This document shows positions 21,132 to 29,161 of a stretch of DNA of 64,000 bases, piece by piece. A program made the position numbers and the translations under genes. Within the stretch, counting starts at the first letter, position 1, and every line of letters starts with the position of its first letter. The stretch is from the NCBI GenBank assembly GCA_044229835.1, contig JBGASF010000001.1:117738-181737 (forward strand), read 5' to 3'. The DNA is from Polyangia bacterium. GTDB taxonomy: Bacteria; Myxococcota_A; Polyangia; Haliangiales; JADYYK01. Below the pieces are notes generated by a model. That model was not told the origin of the DNA. It saw only the letters and a program-made list of their open reading frames with translations, and ran no database searches.

Positions 21132-22177
21132 GGCTGACCGGCCCGGCGCGGCGCCAGCAGATGGTGCGCGATCACCCACTCCTGTCCCGCGGCGTACCCG
21201 AACAGCTCGGCGCAGGCGAGGAAGAAGATCCCCCAGCGCTCGAACATGCGGCGGGCCTGGCGCGCGCCGAGCTCGCGCGTGAACAGCGCCAGGACCTCGG
21301 CGCGGCGCTCGCTCAGGTTGTGGTGCCAGGCCTCGGCGGTGCGCGCATAGTGGGTCCCGGGCAGCGTCCAGGTCTGCACCGTCCCCAGCGGCGACCCGAG
21401 CCGCTGGGGCAGATCGACCGACGGCATCATGCCGCCGGTGAAGAAGTGGCGCGCCATCCAGTCGTCGTCGCCGTCGAGGTCGTAGCTGTACGCGAAGGTC
21501 CGGTGCGCGAACACGTGCAGGAACAGTCGACCGTCGGGGACCAGCCAGCCGTGGATGCGCGCCAGCAGCGCGGCCCAGTTGCGCATGTGCTCGAACATCT
21601 CGACCGAGACCACCCGATCGAAGCGCCCGCTGGCCGGCGGTGGCGCGAACGCGTTCATGTCGCAGGTCAGCACGCGCACGTTGGCCAGCCCGCGCGCCGT
21701 GGCGCGGCGCCGGATCAGCTCGGCCTGGGGGCGCGAGTTCGACACCGCGACGATGTCCGCCCGCGGGAAGCGCTGCGCCATCGCTAGGGTCAGGCTGCCC
21801 CAGCCGCAACCCAGCTCGAGGATGCGCTGGCCGTCGGCGAGGCCGGCGCGCGCCATGGTCAGCTCGAGCATCGCCGTCTCGGCGTCGGCCAGCCGCGACA
21901 CCCCGGGCGGGAAGTAGGCCGAGCTGTACTTCAGCTGTGGGCCGAGCACGGCTTCGAAGAACGCGGGCGGCACCTCGTAGTGCTGGTCGTTGGCCGCCTG
22001 CGGCGAGAGCGCGATCGGGCCATTGGCCATCATGGCCACGAAGCGCCCCAGCGCCTGCTCGCGATCCTGGTGCCGGCGCCGTTCGGCATGCAGGCGATCA
22101 CGCACGATGTGTCGAATCCCGAGCCGTAACAGGGGCTGTGGGACCATGCCGAGCTCGGCCAGCTGGATTCCAATCAC
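21128..22177 (-). CDS. CFA-synthase-like SAM-dependent methyltransferase (second paralogue)
   Basis: GTG 22177 (alternative ATG 22147). 'ILELGCGWGSLTL', 'VSVEMFEHM', and C-terminal 'MFERWGIFFLACAELF'. Confidence 0.85.
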   Translation of the reverse strand: MIGIQLAELGMVPQPLLRLGIRHIVRDRLHAERRRHQDREQALGRFVAMMANGPIALSPQAANDQHYEVPPAFFEAVLGPQLKYSSAYFPPGVSRLADAETAMLELTMARAGLADGQRILELGCGWGSLTLAMAQRFPRADIVAVSNSRPQAELIRRRATARGLANVRVLTCDMNAFAPPPASGRFDRVVSVEMFEHMRNWAALLARIHGWLVPDGRLFLHVFAHRTFAYSYDLDGDDDWMARHFFTGGMMPSVDLPQRLGSPLGTVQTWTLPGTHYARTAEAWHHNLSERRAEVLALFTRELGARQARRMFERWGIFFLACAELFGYAAGQEWVIAHHLLAPRRAGQP

Positions 22178-22187
22178 GGGATCGAAG

Positions 22188-22236
22188 ATAGACGATTAGG
22201 ACGGATGTGCAACCATAAATCGTCCTAATCGTCTAT
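22188..22236. promoter_or_regulatory. perfect 16-bp inverted repeat (candidate operator) in divergent promoter region
   Basis: ATAGACGATTAGGACG (22188-22203), 17-nt spacer, CGTCCTAATCGTCTAT (22221-22236). A related half-site ATCGTCTTAT/TTCGTCTAG lies at 22249-22267. The region is conspicuously AT-rich. Confidence 0.55.
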
Positions 22237-22276
22237 TTGCGTTGTGGTGATCGTCTTATTCGTCTAGGCTGGCGCC

Positions 22277-23116
22277 ATGGACGAGCTGCTCTCCACGAAC
22301 GCGGCGGCACTGCTGCTGGGCGTCGGCCCCACCGCGATCAAGCGCTGGTCCGACGACGGCACGTTGCCATGTGTGCGCACCGCGGGCGGACATCGGCGCT
22401 TCCGCCGCGCCGACGTCGAGCGCCTGCTGGGGTCGCGGCAGGTTGACGGTGATGCTGGGTCCGACGGCGAGCTCGAGCGCTGGCTCGCCGCGCTGCTGTC
22501 GAGCAGCGACGGACACGAGATCGAGGGGCTGCTGCTGCTCGCGCGTGCGCGGGCGGGCGCCTGGTACCGGGCGCTGCCGGTGGTCGGCCAGCTGGTGCGC
22601 GAGATCGGGCGGCGCTGGGAGGCGGGCCTGCTCGACGTCATGCAGGAGCACGCCGCGTCGGATCGGCTGTCGCGCGCGCTGGCCAGAGTGTCCGACGCGA
22701 TCCTGGTGGCGCCAACGGCGCCGCGCGCCCTGCTGGTCACGGTCGAGGGCGATGACCACACGCTGGGGCTGTCGATGGCGGAGCTGTGCCTGCGCGAGGT
22801 CGGCTGGCAGACCCGCTGGGCGGGTCGCGCCACGCCTGCGGGCGAGCTGGCGGCCGGGCTCGGCCGCGGCGAGATCGCGCTGGTGGCCGCATCGGCATCC
22901 GCGTTCTCGTCCGATGCCGGCCGCCTGTCGGCCTGGCTGGGGACCGTGGGGCCGGCGGCCGCCGACGCTGGTGTCGAGCTCGTGCTGGGTGGCACGGGCG
23001 CCTGGTCCGACCCGCCCAGCTTCGGCGTCCGCGCGCGAGACTTCTCCGAGCTACATGCCTACCTGGCCGGCCTGTCGAGCTCTATCGCCCAGCGCAGGCC
23101 ACGCCCGCACGGCTGA
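22277..23116 (+). CDS. MerR-family, B12-binding light-responsive transcriptional regulator (CarH/LitR type)
   Basis: N-terminal MerR HTH 'LLSTNAAALLLGVGPTAIKRWSDDGTLPCVRTAGGHRRF'. W-x9-E-H signature 'RRWEAGLLDVMQEH'. Cobalamin D-x-H-x-x-G motif 'GDDHTLG'. Late 'VLGGTG'. Confidence 0.85.
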   Translation: MDELLSTNAAALLLGVGPTAIKRWSDDGTLPCVRTAGGHRRFRRADVERLLGSRQVDGDAGSDGELERWLAALLSSSDGHEIEGLLLLARARAGAWYRALPVVGQLVREIGRRWEAGLLDVMQEHAASDRLSRALARVSDAILVAPTAPRALLVTVEGDDHTLGLSMAELCLREVGWQTRWAGRATPAGELAAGLGRGEIALVAASASAFSSDAGRLSAWLGTVGPAAADAGVELVLGGTGAWSDPPSFGVRARDFSELHAYLAGLSSSIAQRRPRPHG

Positions 23117-23127
23117 GGCTGCGACTG

Positions 23128-23925
23128 TCAGGGGCTGCTGCCCATGGTCGGGTGGGGCTGGCGTGACGGGGTGACCCAGTCGATCGGGTAGGCCACGGTG
23201 AGCTTGCGCGGCGCGGGGTCGGGCAAGGTGATGACCAGCTTGCGCACCACCTTGGCGACGCAGCGGGCGGCGGCGCTGGCGGTGGGGCTCTTGGCCGAGA
23301 CGCCCGACAGCTTGCCCCTGGCCGCGATGGTGAAGGTGACGGTCACCGTGGTCGGGACCTGCACGTCGGCGACGCCGGGCGGCGGGCGCCCCGGCCTGGC
23401 GGGGAACTTGACCATGCAGGCCTGGAGGTCGTCGCGCGTGCTGGCGAAGGCAAGGTCGACCTCGGCGGGCCACGGCGGGGCCACGGTGAGGCCGAACTCG
23501 AGGTCGCGCTCCTGGCCGTCGGCGTCGGGCGGCAGGCGGACGCTGCGCCAGCCGCCGACGCAGCCGCGCAGCCAGTCGAGGCCGGCCACCTTGGTGTCGG
23601 TGACGCGGCCATCGGCGGCGACGTGCAGCGTGACGGTGCCGGCGCCGGCCTTGCCGGGCTGCTGCTGGAGCACGCGCCGGTAGCAGTCGCGCAGGCGCGG
23701 CAGGAAGTGCTCGACGACCTGCCTGCGCGGGCCCAGCGCGCCCAGCGGCCCCAGCTTCACGATGGGCAGGCCGGCGCCGAGGCGCAACGGGCTGAACGCG
23801 GGCTCGCCAGGGCGGCGGAACTGTCCATCCGCGGTGTCGAGCGGGTCGGTGCCGTCTGGTTGCGCCCCGGCCAGGCCAGCGAGCGCGAGCAGCAGCGGCA
23901 AGCCGACGCCGAGGCCGCGGATCAT
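23128..23925 (-). CDS. secreted protein with two TonB_C/AgmX-PglI-like domains
   Basis: ATG 23925 (MIRGLGVGLPLLLALAGLAGA signal peptide) overlaps the upstream stop (ATGA). Two domains have the C-Y...G.v.v...C...FP pattern. Confidence 0.75.
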   Translation of the reverse strand: MIRGLGVGLPLLLALAGLAGAQPDGTDPLDTADGQFRRPGEPAFSPLRLGAGLPIVKLGPLGALGPRRQVVEHFLPRLRDCYRRVLQQQPGKAGAGTVTLHVAADGRVTDTKVAGLDWLRGCVGGWRSVRLPPDADGQERDLEFGLTVAPPWPAEVDLAFASTRDDLQACMVKFPARPGRPPPGVADVQVPTTVTVTFTIAARGKLSGVSAKSPTASAAARCVAKVVRKLVITLPDPAPRKLTVAYPIDWVTPSRQPHPTMGSSP

Positions 23926-24464
23926 TTGCTGCCGAAGTAGATCATGAAGCCGATGCCCACCACGATGAGACCGACCGGGATGGGGCCGTACATCACGCCG
24001 ACGTAGCGCGAGTAGCTCCACTTCCAGTCATCTGCCGCCTGCGGATGCTGCCCATAGGCCGGATAGCCCGGGGGTGGAGGCGGAGGCGGATAGCCGTGGG
24101 GCTGTCCATAGGGCGGCGGGGGCGGCGGCGCGGGATAGCCCTGCCCGTACTGGGGTGGCGGCGGGGGCGGAGGATAGCCCTGCGGCTGCCCATACGGTGG
24201 TGCCGGAGGATAGCCCTGAGGGGCCTGCCCATATTGTGGTGGCGGTGGTGCCGGCATGCCGCCCTGGGGGTGCGGGTACGGCTGTGGCGGCGGGTAGCCC
24301 TGCGGCGCCTGTCCGTAGGGCGGCGGCGGCGGGGCGGGATAGCCCTGCTGCGGCTGGCCGTACTGCGGCTGGCCATACTGCGGCTGGCCCTGCGGTTGAC
24401 CTGCGGGCGGCGCCCCGGGTGGGCCATGGGGAGGACCGGGCGGATATCCGGGCGGCTGGCTCAT
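23922..24464 (-). CDS. proline/glycine/glutamine/tyrosine-rich tail-anchored membrane protein
   Basis: ATG 24464 (MSQPPGYPPGPPHG...). About 145 aa of YGQPQ / PPPPPYGQ repeats, then 'DDWKWSYSRYVGVMYGPIPVGLIVVGIGFMIYFGSK' with a single C-terminal TM. Confidence 0.7.
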   Translation of the reverse strand: MSQPPGYPPGPPHGPPGAPPAGQPQGQPQYGQPQYGQPQQGYPAPPPPPYGQAPQGYPPPQPYPHPQGGMPAPPPPQYGQAPQGYPPAPPYGQPQGYPPPPPPPQYGQGYPAPPPPPPYGQPHGYPPPPPPPGYPAYGQHPQAADDWKWSYSRYVGVMYGPIPVGLIVVGIGFMIYFGSK

Positions 24465-24478
24465 GGCCCATCGTAACG

Positions 24479-25153
24479 CTATTCGGTGCCGGCCTTGAGC
24501 ACGAACGGATAGGTCACGACGACGACGCCGCCCTGGGGCTTGGGGAACTCCCAGCGGCGAATGGCTGCGGCGAAGCACTGCTCGACGGGGGGGTTGCCCA
24601 GCGTGGTGGACTGCACGATCGAGGCCGCGACGGCGCCGGTCGGCGCGATGGTGAACTGGACCGTGACCCGGCCCTGGAGCCTGGGGTTGCGCGTGCGCTC
24701 CTTTTCGTAGCAGAACTTCACCTCGTTGAGGTGGCGCCGGATGATGCGGCGGATCAGCTCCTTGTCGAGGGCGCCGCGGACCTCGGGGGTGCCGGGGACG
24801 ACCTCGGCGGGCAGCGCCTTGGGGGCCTTGGGGTCGGCGGACCTGGCGCCGTAGCCGCTGCCGCCCGGGGCGCCGGAGCCCTGGCCCACGGTGCCAGGGG
24901 TGCCGAGGCCGATGCTGTCGGTCGGTGCGGCGGGGTCGGCTGCGGTGGGCGCTGCCTGGTCGACGGGTTCGGCGGGCTCGGCGGCGTCCCCGGGGCCGGC
25001 CGGATCGCCGGGCAGGGGTTCGGTCACCGCCGTCGCGGGGGTGGCGGTCGCCACTGGGGTGGGCGGTGCGGCCGTGGGTGGGGCTGCGTTGTGCGCGGTG
25101 CCGCCACAACCAGCGAGCAGCGCGAGCACCAGGATGCCAGGACGTGTCGTCAT
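24479..25153 (-). CDS. lipoprotein with TonB_C/AgmX-PglI-like C-terminal domain
   Basis: Lipobox LLAGC, Pro/Ala-rich linker, then 'IRRIIRRHLNEVKFCYEKE...GRVTVQFTIAPTGAV...QCFAAAIRRWEFPKPQGGVVVVTYPFVLK'. Confidence 0.8.
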   Translation of the reverse strand: MTTRPGILVLALLAGCGGTAHNAAPPTAAPPTPVATATPATAVTEPLPGDPAGPGDAAEPAEPVDQAAPTAADPAAPTDSIGLGTPGTVGQGSGAPGGSGYGARSADPKAPKALPAEVVPGTPEVRGALDKELIRRIIRRHLNEVKFCYEKERTRNPRLQGRVTVQFTIAPTGAVAASIVQSTTLGNPPVEQCFAAAIRRWEFPKPQGGVVVVTYPFVLKAGTE

Positions 25154-25214
25154 CCCGACAGGGTCGACGGGATGCGCGTCGCCGTCAACCGCATGCGGCT
25201 GCTAACATGGGCGC

Positions 25215-26642
25215 GTGGAGCCTGTCCCTGTCGACCCGCGCATCGGCAAGGTCCTGCAGGGGCGCTATCGCGTGGTCGAGCGGCTGGCCGCGGGCGGCAT
25301 GGGCGTGGTGTATCGCGGCGAGCGGCTGCAGCTCGGGCGTACCGTGGCCATCAAGTTCCTGCATGCGTGGGCGTCGGGCTCGCCGGATGCGCTGCGGCGC
25401 TTCGAGATCGAGGCGCAGGCGATGAGCCGGCTGCAGTCGGCGGCGTGCGTTTCGGTGATCGACTTCGGCACCGAGGCCGGCGCGCCCTACCTGGTGATGG
25501 AGTTCGTCAGCGGCGACACCCTGCGCGACGTGCTGGAGCGCGGGCCGATGCCGCGCCGGCAGGCGCTGTCGATCATGCGCCAGGTGCTGTCGGGGCTGGC
25601 GCATGCCCACGGCCATGGCATCGTGCACCGCGACATCAAGCCCGAGAACATCGTGCTGACCGAGGTCGCGGGCTTCGACGTGCACGCGCGCATCCTGGAC
25701 TTCGGGGTCGCCAAGCTGCGCGACAGCTCCAGCCAGCTGACCGCGGGCATGGCGGTGGGCACGCCGATGTACATGGCGCCCGAGCAGTCGTCGGGGGGCG
25801 CCATCGATGCGCGCACCGATCTGTATGCCGCTGGGGTGGTGCTGTTCGAGATGCTGACCGGGCGTCGCCTGTTCGCGGGCAGCGGCCTGGCGCTGATCCG
25901 CGCGCACTGCGAGGACGCGCCGCCGACGCTGGCGAGCCTGGCGCCCGAGCAGACGTTCTCGGCCGCGCTGGAGCAGGTGGTGGCGCGCGCGCTGGCCAAG
26001 CAGCCGGCGGCGCGCTTCGCCAGCGCGGCGGAGATGGCGGCGGCGCTGGACGAGACCCCCGAGGCGGCCGAGCGGGGCAGCAGCATTCCGCCGGGGGCGG
26101 TGGTCGCGGGGGTGACGGCGTCGGGGGCGATGGCGGCGCCGGGGGCGATGGCGGCCCCGGGGGCGATGGCGGCGTCGGGGGCGTCAGGGGCGTCAGGGGG
26201 ATGGCGTCGGGGGCGGCGCCGGCCCCAGGTTCAACGCGAGGCTGGAGGTCGCGACCCGCGCTGCTGCTCGGCGGGGCGGTGGTGGTGGTCGCCGTGGTGC
26301 TGGCGGTCGTGCTCGGCGGGCGCAGTGGGTCGAGCGGGTCGCACGCCGTGGCCGCGGCCGCCGACGCGGGGCTGGCACCGCCCGCGCGGGCCGCCGACGC
26401 CGGCACCCGCGCGGGGCCGTCGTCGGCCGAGCTCGCCGAGCTGGTGGCGCTGGGGCGGCGCGATCCGTTCGCGGCCACCAGCCGGCTCAAGAAGCTGCGC
26501 GTGGCGCGCCCTGATGACGCCGAGATTCCGTACTTGCTCGGCAACATCTACTGCGCGCGCGAGATGTGGCCCGACTGCTTCGAGGCCTACCGGGCCGCGC
26601 TGCCGCGCTATCGCGACGACGCCGTCCTCATCGCCAACCTGA
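25215..26642 (+). CDS. Ser/Thr protein kinase (Hanks type); reading frame appears corrupted after ~26200
   Basis: GTG 25215. Kinase motifs 'GGMGVVYRG', 'VAIKFL', 'HRDIKPENIVL', 'DFGVAK', 'YMAPEQ'. After the repeat region the translation turns W/R/C-rich, which is typical of off-frame translation in high-GC DNA. Confidence 0.85.
   Translation: MEPVPVDPRIGKVLQGRYRVVERLAAGGMGVVYRGERLQLGRTVAIKFLHAWASGSPDALRRFEIEAQAMSRLQSAACVSVIDFGTEAGAPYLVMEFVSGDTLRDVLERGPMPRRQALSIMRQVLSGLAHAHGHGIVHRDIKPENIVLTEVAGFDVHARILDFGVAKLRDSSSQLTAGMAVGTPMYMAPEQSSGGAIDARTDLYAAGVVLFEMLTGRRLFAGSGLALIRAHCEDAPPTLASLAPEQTFSAALEQVVARALAKQPAARFASAAEMAAALDETPEAAERGSSIPPGAVVAGVTASGAMAAPGAMAAPGAMAASGASGASGGWRRGRRRPQVQREAGGRDPRCCSAGRWWWSPWCWRSCSAGAVGRAGRTPWPRPPTRGWHRPRGPPTPAPARGRRRPSSPSWWRWGGAIRSRPPAGSRSCAWRALMTPRFRTCSATSTARARCGPTASRPTGPRCRAIATTPSSSPT
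26123..26200. repeat. 18-nt tandem repeat x3 (GAMAAP) plus 9-10-nt GGGGCGTCA x2 ending in a G5 run
   Basis: GGGGGCGATGGCGGCGCC-like units at 26123, 26141 and 26159, then GGGGGCGTCA, GGGGCGTCA and GGGGG (26196-26200). Confidence 0.9.
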
Positions 26643-26815
26643 TCCGCTCGTTCAACAGCGATCGCCAGCACCCCCGCGGGATGGCCTTCGTGGAGCGTGA
26701 GATCGGCGTCAGCGCCCTGGCCCAGCTGGAGGCCACGGCCAGCGATGCGCGCGTTGCCGGCCACATCCGCCGGCGTGCCGCCGAGGTCGCAGCCAAACTC
26801 CGTAGCCAGCCCTGA
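26201..26815 (+). pseudogene. TM + helical-repeat (TPR-like) segment, probably the displaced C-terminus of the kinase (frameshift) or a separate small ORF
   Basis: In the frame of ORF 24074..26815: 'MASGAAPAPGSTRGWRSRPALLLGGAVVVVAVVLAVVLGG' (TM), then 'EIPYLLGNIYCAREMWPDCFEAYRAALPRYRDDAVLIANLIRSF'. One extra G in the G5 run would fuse it to the kinase frame. Confidence 0.6.
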
Positions 26816-26821
26816 GCGGCG

Positions 26822-27136
26822 TCAGCGGTGCGAGCGCGTACGGCGGTGCTGCGTGGGCGCGGCCTCGGTCGGCTCCATCAGGCCATCGGGATGGTTCGGC
26901 GCCCTGGCGACCGGCAGCTCGTTGAAGGCGACCATTCCTCGCGGGGCCATCAGCGCGTCGGCATGAGCGGGGCGCGCGGCGATGGCGACCGGCGCGGCGG
27001 CGACGCCGAGCGGCTCCAGCAGGCGATCGGGATCACCGGCCTGCGGCTTGGCGCTGGCGCCGTGGCCGACGTCGAGAGCGAACAGCGAGGCACCGAGGAA
27101 GAATCCGAGGACGTGCTTGCGGCTGACCACGATCAC
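26822..27136 (-). CDS. hypothetical small secreted protein
   Basis: ORF 26822..27136 with signal-like 'KHVLGFFLGASLFALDVGHGASA'. No motif recognised, so a weak call. Confidence 0.35.
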   Translation of the reverse strand: MIVVSRKHVLGFFLGASLFALDVGHGASAKPQAGDPDRLLEPLGVAAAPVAIAARPAHADALMAPRGMVAFNELPVARAPNHPDGLMEPTEAAPTQHRRTRSHR

Positions 27137-27223
27137 AGCTTATGCGACGCCTGCGGACCTGTGAAGGGTACGCATCGGCAGGGTGTGTGTGCTGGTGTGG
27201 TGAAGCTGGGCTACAACCGCGGC

Positions 27224-27727
27224 ATGAACGTGATGCTGGAGACGCCACGGCTGCTGCTGCGCGAGATGACCGAGGCCGACGCCGACGAGGTGCTGCGCCT
27301 GAGCGCGAACCCCAACGTCCGGCGCTACATCCCGGGCGAGCCGCCGCCCACGAATCGTGACGAGGCGCTGAAGATCCTGCGCGAGCTGGTGTTTCCGCAG
27401 TATCCGGCACGGCTGGGTCGCTGGGCCTGCGTGCGCAAGGAGGACGGCGCGTTCCTGGGCTGGTGCGGGGTCAAGCATGTGGTCGACGCCGGCGAGTACG
27501 ACCTCGGCTATCGCTTCTTCGAGGAGCACTGGGGGCGCGGCTATGCCAGCGAGGCCGCCGCGGCGGTGCTGGCGTATGCCCGCCGCGAGCTGGCCGGCAA
27601 GCGGGTGGTCGGCCGGGCCATGGTGGAGAACCGGGCCTCGGTGCGGGTGCTGGAGAAGATCGGGCTGGTCTACGAGGGCGAGGAGCGCGACGAGTACGGG
27701 CGGCTGGCGGTGTACGTGATGAAGTAG
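27224..27727 (+). CDS. GNAT family N-acetyltransferase (RimJ/RimL-like)
   Basis: ATG 27224 (MNVMLETPRLLLREMTEADADEV...). 'HWGRGYASEAAAAVLAYA' acetyl-CoA binding region. The upstream part of ORF 26828.. is not coding. Confidence 0.88.
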   Translation: MNVMLETPRLLLREMTEADADEVLRLSANPNVRRYIPGEPPPTNRDEALKILRELVFPQYPARLGRWACVRKEDGAFLGWCGVKHVVDAGEYDLGYRFFEEHWGRGYASEAAAAVLAYARRELAGKRVVGRAMVENRASVRVLEKIGLVYEGEERDEYGRLAVYVMK

Positions 27728-27742
27728 CGCGGGGCGCGACGC

Positions 27743-28429
27743 TCAGCTGGCGGCGTTGCTGTCGCTGGCGTCGCGGCACAGCATGAACCAGGCGTCCATG
27801 TCCTTGCCGTGGCGATTGGCGCGCCCGATGGTGACGTGCGCGGAGACCTTGCGCAGGGTGTCGACCATGAAGCCGTAGACGAAGCGGCCGCCGCCGCAGC
27901 TGTTGGAGCGGATGGGCGGCCAGCTGTCGGGCCGGGTGGCGGGCAGCTGGCGATAGTCGATGAGGACCTCGGGGCGGTCGGGGGAGGCGGTGGCCACGAA
28001 GTAGCCCGGGCCGGCGAACCAGGTGCCGACGGCCGAGTCCTGGAAGTTGTAGCCGTGCAGCTCGGCGGGGGCGGCGGCGTCCTGGCCCAGGGGGCGCAGG
28101 AAGCGCTTCTCGAAGGTGGTGAACAGCGGCAGCGTGTTCTTGCCGAAGTGGCGCACCTGCTGGTTGGCCGGGGTGGCGGCGGGCACGATGTCGGTCAGCG
28201 CCAGCGGCGCGAAGCTGTCGACCGCATGCCAGAGCTGGCGCTGCTCGTCGCGGCCGAGGGCGCGGATGGCGGCCAGGCGCTGCTGGTGGCCCAGGCTGTC
28301 CAGCAGCTCGGCGATGCGGGCGGGCGCGGGGCGCGGCGAGCGCAGGAGGCCGGCGAGCTCGCGGTAGGTGGCGGCCAGGGGGGAGGCGGCGCCGGGTACG
28401 GCGCCATTGCTGGTGGTGGACATCGACAT
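27743..28429 (-). CDS. hypothetical protein
   Basis: ORF 27743..28429 with protein-like composition. No confident motif. Confidence 0.6.
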   Translation of the reverse strand: MSMSTTSNGAVPGAASPLAATYRELAGLLRSPRPAPARIAELLDSLGHQQRLAAIRALGRDEQRQLWHAVDSFAPLALTDIVPAATPANQQVRHFGKNTLPLFTTFEKRFLRPLGQDAAAPAELHGYNFQDSAVGTWFAGPGYFVATASPDRPEVLIDYRQLPATRPDSWPPIRSNSCGGGRFVYGFMVDTLRKVSAHVTIGRANRHGKDMDAWFMLCRDASDSNAAS

Positions 28430-28514
28430 GGGCGAAGATTTAGCGCGCTAAAGAAATTTAATCAACGACAAATTTTTGCTGGGCATCAGAGTTGGCCCGT
28501 GGTAGCTCTGGGCC

Positions 28515-29156
28515 GTGAGCACGAACAGCAGCGCGGCGGCCACGGCCGCGGTCGAGCCGACGGCGACCCGGGGTGGGCTGCGCGCGCGCAAGAAGCTGCG
28601 CCAGCGCGAGGACATCATGCGCATCGGCCTCGAGCTGTTCCGGCGTCGCGGCTACGGCAAGACCACGGTGCAGGAGATCGCGCGCCGGGCCGAGATCAGC
28701 CTGCCCACCTTCTACAACTACTTCCCGTCCAAGGACGCCATCCTGCGCGAGTTCGCCATGACCGGCTGGGGGCCGGCGCTGGCCGAGGTGCTGGGGTCGC
28801 AGCGGCCGGTGCCGGAGCGCCTGAAGCTGTTCCTGCGCGGCGTGGCCGAGCACCTGATGGAGGATCGCAAGCTGTGGTACGCGCTGGCGGTCTCCAACGC
28901 CTACAACCCGGTGCGCGATCCCGAGGTGCTGAGCTCGGACGCCGCCGGCAGCCGCATGATGGAGGCGCTGCTGGCCGAGGGGCAGCGCCGCGGCGAGCTG
29001 ACCCGGGAGTTCTCGGCGGTGCGCCTGGCATCGCTGCTGGAGGGCATCATGCTGCGCGCCTGCATCGAGTGGGGCGCCAGCTTTCCGAAGCCGCACGATC
29101 TCCGCGAGACCATCGCGGTGTCGTTCAGCTTCTTCATGCGGGGCGCGCGGCCCTAG
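28515..29156 (+). CDS. TetR/AcrR family transcriptional regulator
   Basis: GTG 28515. HTH 'TTVQEIARRAEISLPTFYNYFPSKDAIL'. Confidence 0.9.
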   Translation: MSTNSSAAATAAVEPTATRGGLRARKKLRQREDIMRIGLELFRRRGYGKTTVQEIARRAEISLPTFYNYFPSKDAILREFAMTGWGPALAEVLGSQRPVPERLKLFLRGVAEHLMEDRKLWYALAVSNAYNPVRDPEVLSSDAAGSRMMEALLAEGQRRGELTREFSAVRLASLLEGIMLRACIEWGASFPKPHDLRETIAVSFSFFMRGARP

Positions 29157-29161
29157 GCGGG

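Noticed and set aside
26828-27223. N-terminal 132-aa extension of the GNAT ORF
   Set aside because: R/G-rich off-frame-like sequence. The canonical GNAT N-terminus (ETPRLLLRE) begins right after ATG 27224.
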